Shown here: piece by piece, positions 11,037 to 22,839 of the stretch
Numbering within the stretch: position 1 is the first letter of the stretch
Layout of the letters: each line of letters starts with the position of its first letter
From: Vicugna vicugna
Lineage: Eukaryota
Length of the DNA: 64,000 bases
Direction of reading: 5' to 3'
Assembly (NCBI GenBank): GCA_013265495.1
Contig: MU057724.1
Span: 310,001-374,000 of the forward strand
Translations under genes and position numbers: made by a program
The notes under the pieces: model-generated
What the model saw: the letters and a program-made list of their open reading frames with translations, nothing else
Database searches by the model: none
Told to the model about the DNA's origin: nothing

Positions 11037-13662
11037 CTGCAAAGGCACAGACGGCAGCTCTCAGGCTGTGGCCCTGTGACCACGTCCACACGAGCCGAGC
11101 ACTAGCTTCACTTCATGCAACATGAAGGAGGGTCTGACCACCTGTGTTACAGCCAAACATCTCTGTGTGATTACATTAAATTTCCCTCAACATCCAATTA
11201 GCTCAAAGGAGGAAATGACCTCTTACTTCTTCCAATCCTGGATTAATTTAAAGCAACAAAACTACTGTGACTATGGAGACGTTCACGCACATTCTTTATG
11301 TGCAGACATAATGGCAGTTTCCAGGAATGTTTTGGCCTGAAGACGCAAGGAAAGCACCTAAAACGTGAAGATTTCAGGTCCAGTCCCCCAAAGCATGCGC
11401 ACCTCTGCTTCCCCACGGCTTCTCCCACCTCCTTCCACCCGGGCTGACTAGTAATGTTGACGGAGGACTCCAGTAATCACCACACTGACCTCTACTTTGT
11501 GGCTCGCAATTTAAGAGTTCTATGTACACAAAAACAATGAAAAACCCTAAATCGACAGAGAGAGCAGTACGAACAGCAGGACAGCCCTGTCCTGACAGCA
11601 GACCTGCACGTCCCTGGGAGAGCCCCCCGCCATGGCCACCCCTCCCCGCAGCAGTGCCCTGCACGGATGCCCACTAACACGGACCTCTTCCCACTGCGCT
11701 GACCTGAGTTCCACATTTGGAATCTTGGAGAACTCAGATTCTCCAAACAAGCAAACAAAAATGTCTGTCACTCGCAGAAGGAACAGGTGGCGGAGGAGAC
11801 AGACTCCAACAACCCTGCTGCCACTAACAGCGCAGAAAGGCTCCGTCTGAACTGAGGGCGGAGCTCTGAGACAGCACCATGTCATCGGGAGAGGGAGGGC
11901 CTGAGTAGGATAATAATATCTTAAAACAAATTTATTTTTAATTTTCAAGTAACCCTCTCAGCCTGTAAATACTGACTGAGCACCTTCTATGTTCCAGACG
12001 CTGTGGGAAACAGTGTTGTCCTGACTGCAGCCAGTTTAAGATTTATTCCTATTTGCCCAAGAGAAACTGTTTCAACAGATAAACAGCTTTACTGGGGCAG
12101 AGTTCCTTTATACGTAGTCAGGTGCTCACAGTGAGATCAGTTCTAAGTCCATGTTCAAGATCAACTTGTGTGTGTAATCTTGACGACACTTTTTTATAAA
12201 GAAAGATTTGCTAAGCAAAAAAATTCAGCCAACTGACTTCACTTCTTATAAATTCCAAACCAGAGCAGTGGTGACGCCCAGAGGTCAGAGTGCTGACTGT
12301 CCACTGGGGTCAATACCAGGGCTCCTGCCTGGACCCTCATCTCACTGTACCGGGCGAAGGGCCACTTACCCACTTCAGTTTTCCACCGTTCTGCACACAC
12401 AACCCCTTCAACAAGGGTGTTGGTGAAAGAAATAAAAATTTTATATGAAGTTCAAACAAGCAACGAATAGCACAAATGCAGGGCAGCAAGCTGAGGTACG
12501 TGTGGAGTCACTGACTGTCGTGGGAAAGTGGCTGAAAGGGGTTTCTCCTGCGAACACTGGCCCCACGCCCTGCGGTGCCTGGACAGACACACAGACAGCA
12601 GCTCCAGACAGGAGGCAGGAGAGCCGTCTAGGCCCACGTTCAGCCCTGCAGGCCCTCAGGCTGCTTGTCCCAGGCTCAGGGCCCACAGCGAGCAAGGGCA
12701 ACAAGCTGCCTGCTTACTTATGGTCAATGACTCTCCCAACAGCAACCAGAAGACCTAGTTTTTAAATCAACGTTAGGAACAAAACCAGAAATACAGATTT
12801 TAAAAATCACTTCAGAATACAATGTAGAGAAACTTGTTTTGAAATACTGACTGAATCAATGCAACTGCTCAGCCTGATGCTTGGCGTCTCCGGGAGACGC
12901 TGAGGGAGGGGCTCTACCTGTGAATCGCAGGCCGGCAGAGCAGCTAACGCCTGCGAGGAAACGACGCTGGCAGCCTCCCGCCCTGTCACAAAGGACAACG
13001 CAGGGACACTGAGTGCCTCGTCCCAGGGAACTGCCACCCACTTAGCTTACAAACAAGAGCTACTGGTGAGTGATGTTAAAGAATGTAACTTTTGAATTAC
13101 TCCAGGGAAGTAACTAGTTACAAAAATACTGAAATGAAACCAAAAGATTGTCTGTGAAGGACTTGGCAACGATCCAAATTTTGAACGGCAAAGAAAACAC
13201 TTCATACGTTGAAAAGTTAATTTCCCAGTAAGTAGGTCTGGTAGTTATGAAAGCATGTCTGCACTGGCTCTCTTCTCAAACCACACTGCCCTAGACACCA
13301 TCCCAGAGCCGGGCCGCTGTCTGGAGCGTGCACAGTCCCCCAGGGCCCTCCTCACGGGCCCTGCCCCTCCGCCACCAGGCCCCGCCCTGTGTGCAAGCAG
13401 GAGCTCCGACAGGAGTGGGTAGGGCTAGGACAGCGCCATGTGACACTGAAGGGACTGGCTTAGTAAGATCAGGACAGCTCTGAGCCAAGTTTGATTTCTC
13501 ACTATTCTGTCACGGATAAGTGCCTTTCTGAAATACAAATAAACCGCATCGACCCGTCTGGGAAGAGGCAGCCCAGAGAGAGGGCACCGACCGCTCTGTC
13601 AAAAGCCTTGTTTCAACCTGGGAAACGGCAGACTCCCGAGGACCCCGAGCGAGCGGTCGCAC

Positions 13663-13842
13663 CTGGAGGCAGGAGATGAAGGGCGGGAAGAAGAAGACAG
13701 TGGTGCTGAGAAAGTGGCTGAAGTCCTGCAGCACCTTCTGAGTCACGCTGCGTTTCTCGGATGCTGTCTTGTACTTGTCCATCTCTTTCATGATCCCGGA
13801 AAACAAGCTGCTAAAGAGCTGCTTGGCGACTATCGGGTCCCT
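13663..13842 (-). CDS. PRKDC: DNA-PKcs exon ~62 (180 nt), start of FAT region
   Basis: [23 protein letters not shown]...[10 protein letters not shown]; acceptor ccacag, donor gtgcga. Confidence 0.96.
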
Positions 13843-15029
13843 CTGTGGACAGGCAGGGGCACAGGTCACAGCTTCACCTGAGACGCAGACATACCCACAC
13901 ACACACTCTGTGCTTCACAGGAGCTGCAGCTGCCATGGACGGGCACGTCTGGAGTTTACCTGATGACACGCATTTGACACGAGTCAAACAAAAGGCATGA
14001 CAGCAGGGATTTCAGGACCAGAGACGCAGACTTCAGAGCTCAAGGCCTGAATGAGTCTGGGCCTGCGGTCCCTGCCCCAGACCAGGGGACGGCCGCCCAG
14101 GGCTGTGGGAAGATCGGTGCTCAGGGATGGAGCAGAGCCTGGAGCACCCTCAGATGACCAGGCGCCAGCTTTAACTCCTAGAGTCCCATCCGTGGGCCAT
14201 GAAACTCGGGCATCACCAGCAGCCGCCTCCCGCACACACGGCAGGCTGCCCTGCTCTGTCACCCCAGCGCCACCCTCCACGGCCTCTAACAACAGCTCCT
14301 GGGAGGCACTGTCTATGTTTTTAAGTGAAGACATGAATGTAGAAGTAAATAAAATTTTCAGTGCCAATGTCAGTTTCTGGGTCTTCACAAAGCGCTAGTT
14401 ACGTCAGCTGTGAGGGCGGCTGGAGGGACGGCAAAGGACTGTGTGCTGCTTCTGCAAATTCTGTCAAAATGTAATTATTTCGATTCATTAAAAGCTTGTG
14501 AAACAGTAATGTAACCTATTATAAACAATTTCAGTACCGCAAACTCAAGTACAGTAAAACAGAGCACTGTGTCTCAGCACCTAGTATAATTAGCATATAA
14601 TACTCTTTGACTTTAAAAATTATTTCAGTTAAAGTCAAAGGAACTGTAATCAGACTTTCTAGGGACAAATATCCTGTTTCTGTCAAGGAATTCGGGTAGA
14701 AAACGCCATTCACTCCTGATACTCTCATCCCCTAACGAGTGAGAAAAGTATTCCCAGCCCTCTGCTACTAAATTCCCAGGGAAGGAAGAACCCCGATCCC
14801 CCAGAAAGGGTTTGTATAAGCCATGATTTAAGTGGCTTCGCAACTTACACGTTGTTTCATTCAACGAACGCTGCAGGTAAGAGAGACCGCCCTGTCTGAT
14901 CAGGGTGAGCAGAACCCCGGACAGAGGCTCACAGAGCCGGGAGCAGCAGGGCCAGGACACATGTGGGACAGGCCAGCCCTTGTGCTGACCCGCAAGGCCC
15001 TACCGCCCCGGGCAGGCTCCAGAACCCAC

Positions 15030-15161
15030 CTGGGCCACGGCCTGCAGCGGGGCGATGAGGCTGCTGTGTGGGATCTGGACGTCAGGCAGGTCTCCTTGAC
15101 GGTAGCTCCGGTACAGCACGACCTGCGCGTCCTGCCTCACTCTCAGCTCAGCCAGCACCTC
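15030..15161 (-). CDS. PRKDC: DNA-PKcs exon ~61 (132 nt), YRPD motif region
   Basis: [44 protein letters not shown]; acceptor tgacag, donor gtgggt. Confidence 0.96.
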
Positions 15162-16237
15162 CTGTCACCACAGAAACGGGAAGAAGGTGAGAACCCTCAT
15201 GCAGGAGTCAGCAGTACGTCCCGTGAGACCGTCAGCGTGTCCTCACATGAGTGGATCTGAGGCAGCCCTCATCCAGGACGCTCAGTCGCGTGCTTTACCG
15301 CATGGGCAATGACACGGCCAAATGAAAACCAGAAGATGACTGAAACTTGTCTCACAGAGAAATCTGAGTTCCTCTGAAGCCAGAGAACTTGATTGAAAAC
15401 TTTTTAGAGCCGTAAACCAGGCTCAGATGAGGCAGGGGTGTCAGGGCCGCCCGGCCGCCCAGGCCTCTCCCAGCACTTCCTGCCCACGACCCCGGCTCCA
15501 ACCCTCAGGAAGCCTGGTCGGGACGAGACTGGACCAGGAGCAGCCGCGTCCCCGAGGCCCTCCCTGCAGAGCTGCAGCTACGGAGACAGGGAGCAGAGAG
15601 GCACGTCTGCTTTTCACGGAAGACACAGCAGAGCCGCTCGGCCACGGCACACGCAGATGTGGAAGTTAAGTCTTGCTTGAGGCCTCAAACTGAGTTAGAA
15701 CCAAGACGGTTCTTTCGCCACCATCCAGTCTTTACAACAGTCGGTCCTAATTACTGATAGGGTGTCACACCGAAGCTGTGGCTAAACAAAGCCTCTCATT
15801 GCTTCCACACGGAGGGGTGTTTACCTGTTAATTCCCCCCAGCCTGTGTCTGCAGCAGACTGTCCCCTGGCCGGCCACCCTCCCTCCACGCCCAGCACCTC
15901 CAGGGGCGCGGCCTCCCCCTCTGACCACAGCCTGTGGCCCCCAGGTGGGTCGAGGCTGCGACCTTGAGGTCGGAGGGGCTGAGGCTGTAAGACATCAATC
16001 TCAGGGATGACGGGCGGTCAGGCTTCCACCGTGAGGAGGAAGCCCGGCGTCCCGGGGGAGCACAGCCCCAGGGCAGAGGCTGTCTTGGGGCCCGGGGCCA
16101 CCGCACATGCACACGCTAGGCCACACGGACCGAGGCGCCGGGACCAGGCTGCAGGCCAGCAGGCAGGCTTGTCTCCGCAGTGCACGTCCTCTGACAGAGC
16201 AGCGGTCACCGACCGAACTCCAGAGGCGGATACAAAC

Positions 16238-16350
16238 CTTCTCCCGCTTTTGTTCAACAACAACTTTCCTGGCGTAAATCAGACTCAGTTTTTCTTGGTC
16301 CTTTAAAAATCGTCTGCGTAATCTCAGTATTTCGGCCCGACTATCTGCAC
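16238..16350 (-). CDS. PRKDC: DNA-PKcs exon ~60 (113 nt)
   Basis: [37 protein letters not shown]; acceptor ttttag, donor gtttgt. Confidence 0.95.
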
Positions 16351-16899
16351 CTAAAAACAGAAAGCAGGTGCACTGTTCGCAGCTGACTTTGCCTCCTTCC
16401 CAGAATCCGTAAAACAAAAGCGAGAATTTGCTTATCTACTCTTCACCTTTGTTTACTTTTGTTTTTAAAACAACATAAGCTTGTGAGGCCCAAAGACCAG
16501 CCTGGAGGTGGCCAGCCAGTTCTGGAAGTTGGAGAACAGGTGGTGAGGCCTGCGCCTGAGACAGAGCCTGACGGCCGGAGGGACAGCGGGACCTCGGGAC
16601 ACAAGGCTGAAGGGGGTGTGGGCGCAGAGTCAGCCTGCAAGGCGAGAGGCAGGCGAGCTGGAGGACGTCTGGAGCCCCGGGACCCAGCCGCCCTCCACGT
16701 GGCCCCCGGCTGGCAGGCAGAAGAGCATGCCGGCCTCTGGGTGATCGACCAGCAGAGAACAGGGCTTCCACGTCCCAGACGCCAGCCAGCACCCCACGTG
16801 CAGGTACTGTTCCGAATACCCTTCAGTGCCCCACCTGGGACACAGCAGAAAGCCGAGAATCACCAGACCTTCGAGGAAAAAGCATCAAATGAGAGAGAC

Positions 16900-17420
16900 A
16901 GGAGCCAAAACAACAGGGAAAGAGCTACTGTTAAAAGCAGACCGTCCAGGAAAAAATTCAGAAGATGATCACTTATCAGAAAGGTCACAGTAGATATTCC
17001 AACTGTGGATCAAGGACTGAAGGGATGTTCAGAGACCAAAAGGGCTTGTGGAAATTAAAAGCAAGGTTTCTTAAAAGCATGCGTTAAAGATCAAGTCAGA
17101 TTTCCTAGAACGGGGAACAAAAGGGATAAAAAACAAGAAAATTAGAAGCATAATCCATTAGGTCTGACAGTGGAAACAGGATTCCAAGAAGAGAGAACTG
17201 GCTTGCAGAAATCACCATCAAAACCACCCAAGGAAAAACATTCCAGCACCGGAACACAGGAGCTGGCAGCCTGAAAGGGCCCTCACACCCAGAAAAGTGG
17301 ACACTTCGGTGGCATTTCCTAAAACTAGCTTAAAAGAGGAGACCCTAAGAGCATTCCCAGAGCAAAGACTCTGTCCTCACAAAAGACCAGATGAGAACAG
17401 AGCTCTGTCCCCACGGGTGC
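16900..17420 (+). mobile_element. Old LINE-1 ORF1-like fragment
   Basis: A-rich plus strand with L1M-like motifs (aaaattagaagcataatcc, ggattccaagaagagaga, ctgaaagggccctcacaccc). Confidence 0.5.
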
Positions 17421-17814
17421 CAGGGCCCCTGCCCGCGGGAAGAATGAACAGAACCAAGGGGAAGGGCGGGCCATAGGCCTCAGTGGCCCCCAGACCACGG
17501 CCACGCGGAGGCTCAGGGTGGATGCGGGGGCCACACAGGAGACAGCCGTCCAATGCAGAGGAGACGTGGGAGCAGATGTGCAGAAAGCTAAGCACCTAAG
17601 GAAAGTAAGCACTAACACCCAGGAAAAATGGCTGTGCAGGACAGGAAACCTGTGCTCAGCCACAGGCCGTACGAGGCTCCCGGGGGGAGTGGGGCGGCCA
17701 CAGGACCAGGAATGGACACGGGGATGCCCGGGCAGAGTGGGAGGCTTCCCGCGACGGGGTGGCAGGCGGGGCAAGCAAGGCGGCGGGTGGGCACACCTCC
17801 GCGGCAGCACTCAC

Positions 17815-18015
17815 CTTCTGCTCTGTGCTCCACCTCGTCCCCTGGGAGGGCCAGCCTCCTCTTCCCAAAATCAGGTCCCACCGACTTCAGCAGTGACCGT
17901 TCCGGCCTCTTGTGGGCAAACAGCAGGGACGAGGATGAGGACGAGGCCATGTCCACGTCGTCCCCCGGTGGGTCCACACTGCCCCCCGTCAGCCAGCGGA
18001 AGGAGCCTCTTCCCC
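17815..18015 (-). CDS. PRKDC: DNA-PKcs exon ~59 (201 nt)
   Basis: [15 protein letters not shown]...SLLFAHKR...[24 protein letters not shown]; acceptor ttgcag, donor gtgagt. Confidence 0.95.
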
Positions 18016-18778
18016 CTGCAAACAGGCCTGTCAGGCTGGCCCTGCCACCCGCCAGCACGCGCCACGCAGGCTTGCAGACCAGGAGCCACGTCCCGGCAGC
18101 AAGGAAACAGGACCTCAGGGGCGTCCAAGCCCTGAGTCCTCACTTGACAATAGGAACCACGTCACCTGCTGGTGAGGACGACAGTGTCTCTACCCGCAGG
18201 TACTAAGCCTGTGGTTTCTACCGTCAGTGTCACAAAATTCCCACTGAAACTGTCCAAAGTGGTCCAACTTCTAGAACCAACAGAATGTGAAAACTCTCAA
18301 GGAAAACATTGAAGCACTTATACAAAACGACTTTACTCTACAACTCACACTGTGATGGCCAAAGGGAGAAGGTGGACCATTTGAGAAAGACAGTCCAGCA
18401 AACCACAAACAGCGAGCGAGTCGAGCTCAGCTCTGCTTTGCTGCCCAGGCAAGCAGTTTTAAATCTAATGCATGAAGCAGATTTTCCTGGACAAAACCGA
18501 AACAAAACAGACACGTACTGAGACTTCCCCGTTTCTCCTGGTCAGAAAAGACCTGGCCCCCCCTCTTCACTGTGGTGACAGCCCACCACCCGCAGGGGTG
18601 GGCGGGGGTGGGCGGCCTGAGCACCCGCCCCGCCCTCTGTACCTCTCCGGGGCTGGTCCTTCAGACACCGCGGCCCTTTCTCCTCTGACTGTCATTCTTC
18701 TCGAGGTTCCCTCCCTTTCCCGTCACCGTCACCTCCCTGCACTGACGCCCTGAGGGGCAGCTCCCGCCGGGCACTCGC

Positions 18779-18959
18779 CTGCGCTCTGGGTCAGCGTGAA
18801 GTCAAGCTGCCGCTGCGTGGCCCGGACCTGCCTGGCCGCCGCCCCTCGCGCCCCGTCCTGGGCCTGGGTCTGGAGGGCACTCAGGGAGGCCTGCGTCTCC
18901 ACGAACATCGGGGTGAGGACGGTGCTCCGGAGGCGCCAGTCCGCGTCGATGGTGTACTC
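18779..18959 (-). CDS. PRKDC: DNA-PKcs exon ~58 (181 nt), ABCDE (T2609) phosphorylation cluster, GC donor
   Basis: [60 protein letters not shown]; acceptor gtgcag, donor gcgagt. Confidence 0.93.
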
Positions 18960-19429
18960 CTGCACAGGAGACATCCAACAGGAGGCTCGCACTCCAGCCC
19001 CGCGCCCACCTGGCAGCAGAACCGCGGCGCCTCACCTGTGCCCGTGAGAGGAGCTGAAGAGCCTTTCACGTTCAGAAGTGTTTACGAAGCAGTCATTTGC
19101 CTACTGAGAACACCCATCAGCACTGGCGGGGAGGCACCACTTTTCTACTCCTTACCCGGATGCCACCCGCAGGGAAACTCAACCCCTCCCAGCGCCCCGC
19201 CCAGACGGGAGACCCGCGGACGGACGGGAGCGCCGGGTCCACGCGTGAACCCTCACTGCAGCGGCTGCGGGAGGGGGATGGGGGCGGCCCAAGTCGGGGG
19301 GAGGGGAGCAGAGCAGGTGAGCACACGTGGCTGCTTCAGAAAGAGAGCTTGGACTCCAAGCAAAGGAAGGAAGACAGCGTCACCAGGGAACGTCAGAACC
19401 ACTGTCGTCACGACAAGAGAGAACCCACC

Positions 19430-20570
19430 AGAGTGGGACGTGGTGCGCGTGGTGGCGATGGAAACCGGCGCGGCCACCACGGAAAAGAGGGTGGAGGTTT
19501 CTCAGGAAACTAAACATAAAGCTGCCATGTGATCCAGCTATTCCATTTCTGGGGTTTATCTGAAGAAAACCAAAGCACCAACTTGAAAAGACATATGCGC
19601 CCCAGCGTCACAGCAGCACTGTGGTTCTAGCTTTTATTCACAGCTCTGTTGTGTTACGATTCCTGCACAGTAAATTACACATATTCCAGATGAAAAATTT
19701 GATGAATTTTGACAGATGTGTAAACCCATGAAACCACCACCACAATCAAGGCAGCTAACCCTTCCATCATTCCCCAAGAGGTGCAGTTTTCAAATTCCCA
19801 ATTTATCCTCCCCCCACCCCCCACCCCATAACCACGACTCTGTTCTCTGTGTCCACAGCAGCACCATTTATAACAGCCAAGACATAGAAAGAACCCAACT
19901 GTCCAACAACAGATAACTGAATAAAGATGTGATATGTTTATATAATGGAATACTACTCAGTCATAAAAAAGAATAAAATAACGCCATTTGCAGCAACATG
20001 GATGGCCATGGAGATCGTCACTGTAAGTGAAGTAAGCTAGACAGGCAAAGAAAAATATCATGTGTTATCACTTACATATAGAATCTAAAACACACACACA
20101 GTCATAAAAAAGAATAAAATAACGCCATTTGCACCAACATGGATGGACCTTGAAGGCACTGTGCTTAGTGAAATAAGTCAGAGAAAGGCAAATACTATAT
20201 GATCTTATTTATATGTAAAATCTAAAACAAAAACTCAAAAACCCAAGCTCATAGATACAGAGAACAGACTGGTAGTTGCCAGAGGCGAGGTGGGTAGGAG
20301 AAATGGATGAAGGGGTCAAAAGGTACAAACTTTGTTATAAAATAAGAAAGTCCTGGGGTATAATGTTCAGCATGGTGACTATGCTTAGTAACACTGTATT
20401 GTACATTTCAAAGTTACCAAGAGAGTGCAAATTAAAAAACCCAGAACTATGTGACGTGACGGACGTTAGCCAGACTAACTGTAACAATGACTCTATAATT
20501 AATATACACGACATCAAATCGTCACACTGAGCGCCTGGAACAAACGCACTGCTGAGTGTCAGCTACACCT
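19430..20570 (+). mobile_element. LINE-1 3' fragments (composite, with an apparently inverted piece at ~19630-19850)
   Basis: gctgccatgtgatccagctattcc, tggaatactactcagtcataaaaaagaat, ctcatagatacagagaacagactggtagttgccagaggc. Confidence 0.85.
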
Positions 20571-20659
20571 CAACCGAAGGAAAAAGACAGACGTTTACCA
20601 CTAGTGGACGACACCGACCACAAGCAGGGAGAGCTCAGATCACAGGGACGAAAACCCAC

Positions 20660-20867
20660 CTGAAACTCGCACTCTGACAGAGGGTGCTCAAATATGGGGC
20701 TCTGGAAGTCGGGGCTCATGCTGGTCATTTCAAGCAGAAAATCTGTCGCTAAGCTTAAGAAGTGCACTTCTATCTTAGGAGAATATAAGGAATTCAGGGC
20801 CAACAAGCGGCCCAAGGTATTCGAAGGCATCCTAGTTTCATGGCTCCAGAAGTTCCGAATCATCAAC
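20660..20867 (-). CDS. PRKDC: DNA-PKcs exon ~57 (208 nt)
   Basis: [18 protein letters not shown]...[11 protein letters not shown]; acceptor tttcag, donor gtgggt. Confidence 0.97.
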
Positions 20868-21106
20868 CTGAAAGGCAGAGAGGAGAGAAGAGGACGAAGC
20901 CTGTCCATGTTCCCAGTGGGGACTGTCCGCGTGCCGTCTGGGGACTGCAGCTCATGTCCTGCCGGAGCCAACGCAGGGAAGCCACACGCAAAACTGTCCA
21001 CAGGGGAACAACGCATGCACTGAAGGAGGGAAGGTTCCAAAACTTGTTATTTAACAAGAGGTGAGAAACTAGGTGATTTTATTCTCAACTCTATTGCCTG
21101 GGAAGT

Positions 21107-21208
21107 TTTATTTTCATCTTTTTTTGATGGAGGGACTGGGCACTGAACCCAAGACCTTGTGTGTGCTGAGCACACACTCTACCACTGAGCTCTTCCCCCC
21201 CACTCCCC
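21107..21208 (-). mobile_element. Camelid-type tRNA-derived SINE (Vic-like)
   Basis: gactgggcactgaacccaagaccttgtgtgtgctgagcacacactctaccactgagct is the reverse complement of a tRNA-like A/B-box head, preceded by a T-rich tail. Confidence 0.85.
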
Positions 21209-21929
21209 GGGGAGGCTTCAGGGATCAGTATGTAACCACCGTTTCGAAACTGAGAAAACCTCAAAAGAAACTATATACAGGCTCTCACTGCCTTGCTAAA
21301 ACAATTCAGTCCAAATACTAGTGCCATAAAAAACTCAAAACTTCATATGAACATAAAATATTCAAATTAACCTGGTTAAAAACCAGATTGGGCTTTATAA
21401 CTTGAGAATGTTTATGAAATCCAATTTTTTGAAGTTCAATGAATTAAAAACCACAGTACAGCTGAAAGTTAGTGGACACACAGACCCACACGAAGGTCTG
21501 TGCCCTTCCCGTGTGATGTGCACACTGGGGCTGAGTGAGAAGTCACCCCTACACTGCCGTCTCCGCCGACGACCCTGCAAGTCCTCCTATTTCTAAGGCT
21601 CCAAACACCTCGCTCCAAACAAGGGACACTCGTGGTGCTATCACGCCACCCGGGTGAAACGGGCACAGTAACGCCCCACTCGTGCCGGTTCTCATCCTGA
21701 AACGCTGGAACTCGCGGCACAGCAGAGAGTGCTAGCCACGCCACTCCTTCCAGACTCTCACATCAGAGTAACTTGTCAGGGCTCTTAGGTCTTCCTGGAT
21801 TTAAAGTGCATTTCCATGACACATCATGACAACAAGAGGCAGACCCTTCCAGCACCCCGGGAAGATCCCACACTGGCCGAGAAGGAGCCTCCCCGCGCCA
21901 CCAGCCCAGCTGCACCAGGGGACACGTAC

Positions 21930-22028
21930 TGAAGCCCGGGGTTCTCGTCCGTCAAGCCCTGGATCAACACGTCTTTCGCCAACTTGAATATCTCCTGGGA
22001 GGCCCCGTCGGCCTGGCTCTCTGGATCG
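21930..22028 (-). CDS. PRKDC: DNA-PKcs exon ~56 (99 nt)
   Basis: [32 protein letters not shown]; acceptor tctcag, donor gtacgt. Confidence 0.96.
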
Positions 22029-22496
22029 CTGAGAACAGTAACAACAGGACAGCTCGTGATGGCTCCTGTCCTCTGCCTTTGCTCTGTCCTGAAGACACTG
22101 CCCAGAACTGAGGGGAGGGCATCTGCCCCTCCCACTTCTGCACCTGGCTCGCAGGCCCAGTCCAGGAGGTGGGGAAGAACAGGGCCCCTGCCCCACGGGA
22201 AGGGGTCCTGCCAGAGAAGGACCCCTGGCCGTTTCTTTCCTTAATCTTGCCAGATCTTAGCAGGATAATAACCGAGAACAATTACACTTCGAACTCAGCC
22301 AGTAATTTCACCCTCTGAATATTCCCCACACGTATGTAAAATGAGTTAAAATAAAGATATATTTCAATACACTAAAGTAATCTTGCTTTAATTATCATTT
22401 TTTTTAAGTTTTATCATTTATGACATTCATTCCAGCCTGCTGGCAGAGTCCAGTGCTTCTATGCAAACGCGGTGTAACCGTCTCTGCAGGGCGTAC

Positions 22497-22670
22497 CGGT
22501 AGTTGTCGTGAGCCCACATGAGGATGCCGTATGCCTGCTCCCTGCACCGCGTGGACGGGTGAGAGGCCAGCTCTGCCACCGGCTGCAGGAGCTCCAGGAG
22601 CTCTGCTGGCTTCAGCTTTGCCATCACCTTGTCAATTATGCCCAGACACACTTTCTGTCTTTCATCGTCT
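22497..22670 (-). CDS. PRKDC: DNA-PKcs exon ~55 (174 nt)
   Basis: [12 protein letters not shown]...[22 protein letters not shown]; acceptor ttacag, donor gtacgc. Confidence 0.96.
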
Positions 22671-22839
22671 CTGTAAGTAGAGGGATTTTTAAAAAACAAA
22701 TTTAACAGCTTTTATCATTATGCTTTCAGATACGACTGGAAAGTTCTTCTCTATGCTGTTCCATATTTCAAAGTTTATTATAACAAGTAATACTACATTT
22801 ATGCAAAAATCACATTCTTGAAAATGATTATTGCAGGTT

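Noticed and set aside
12850..13060. GC-rich island in an AT-rich intron, considered as an ncRNA or cryptic exon
   Set aside because: No snoRNA boxes, clear hairpin or paired splice sites that I could support
17518..18206. Long plus-strand ORFs (205 and 192 aa), and similar ones at 33000-33578 and 53751-54654
   Set aside because: These are antisense shadows of GC-rich PRKDC exons and flanks, with low-complexity G/R/P/A composition and no recognisable domain
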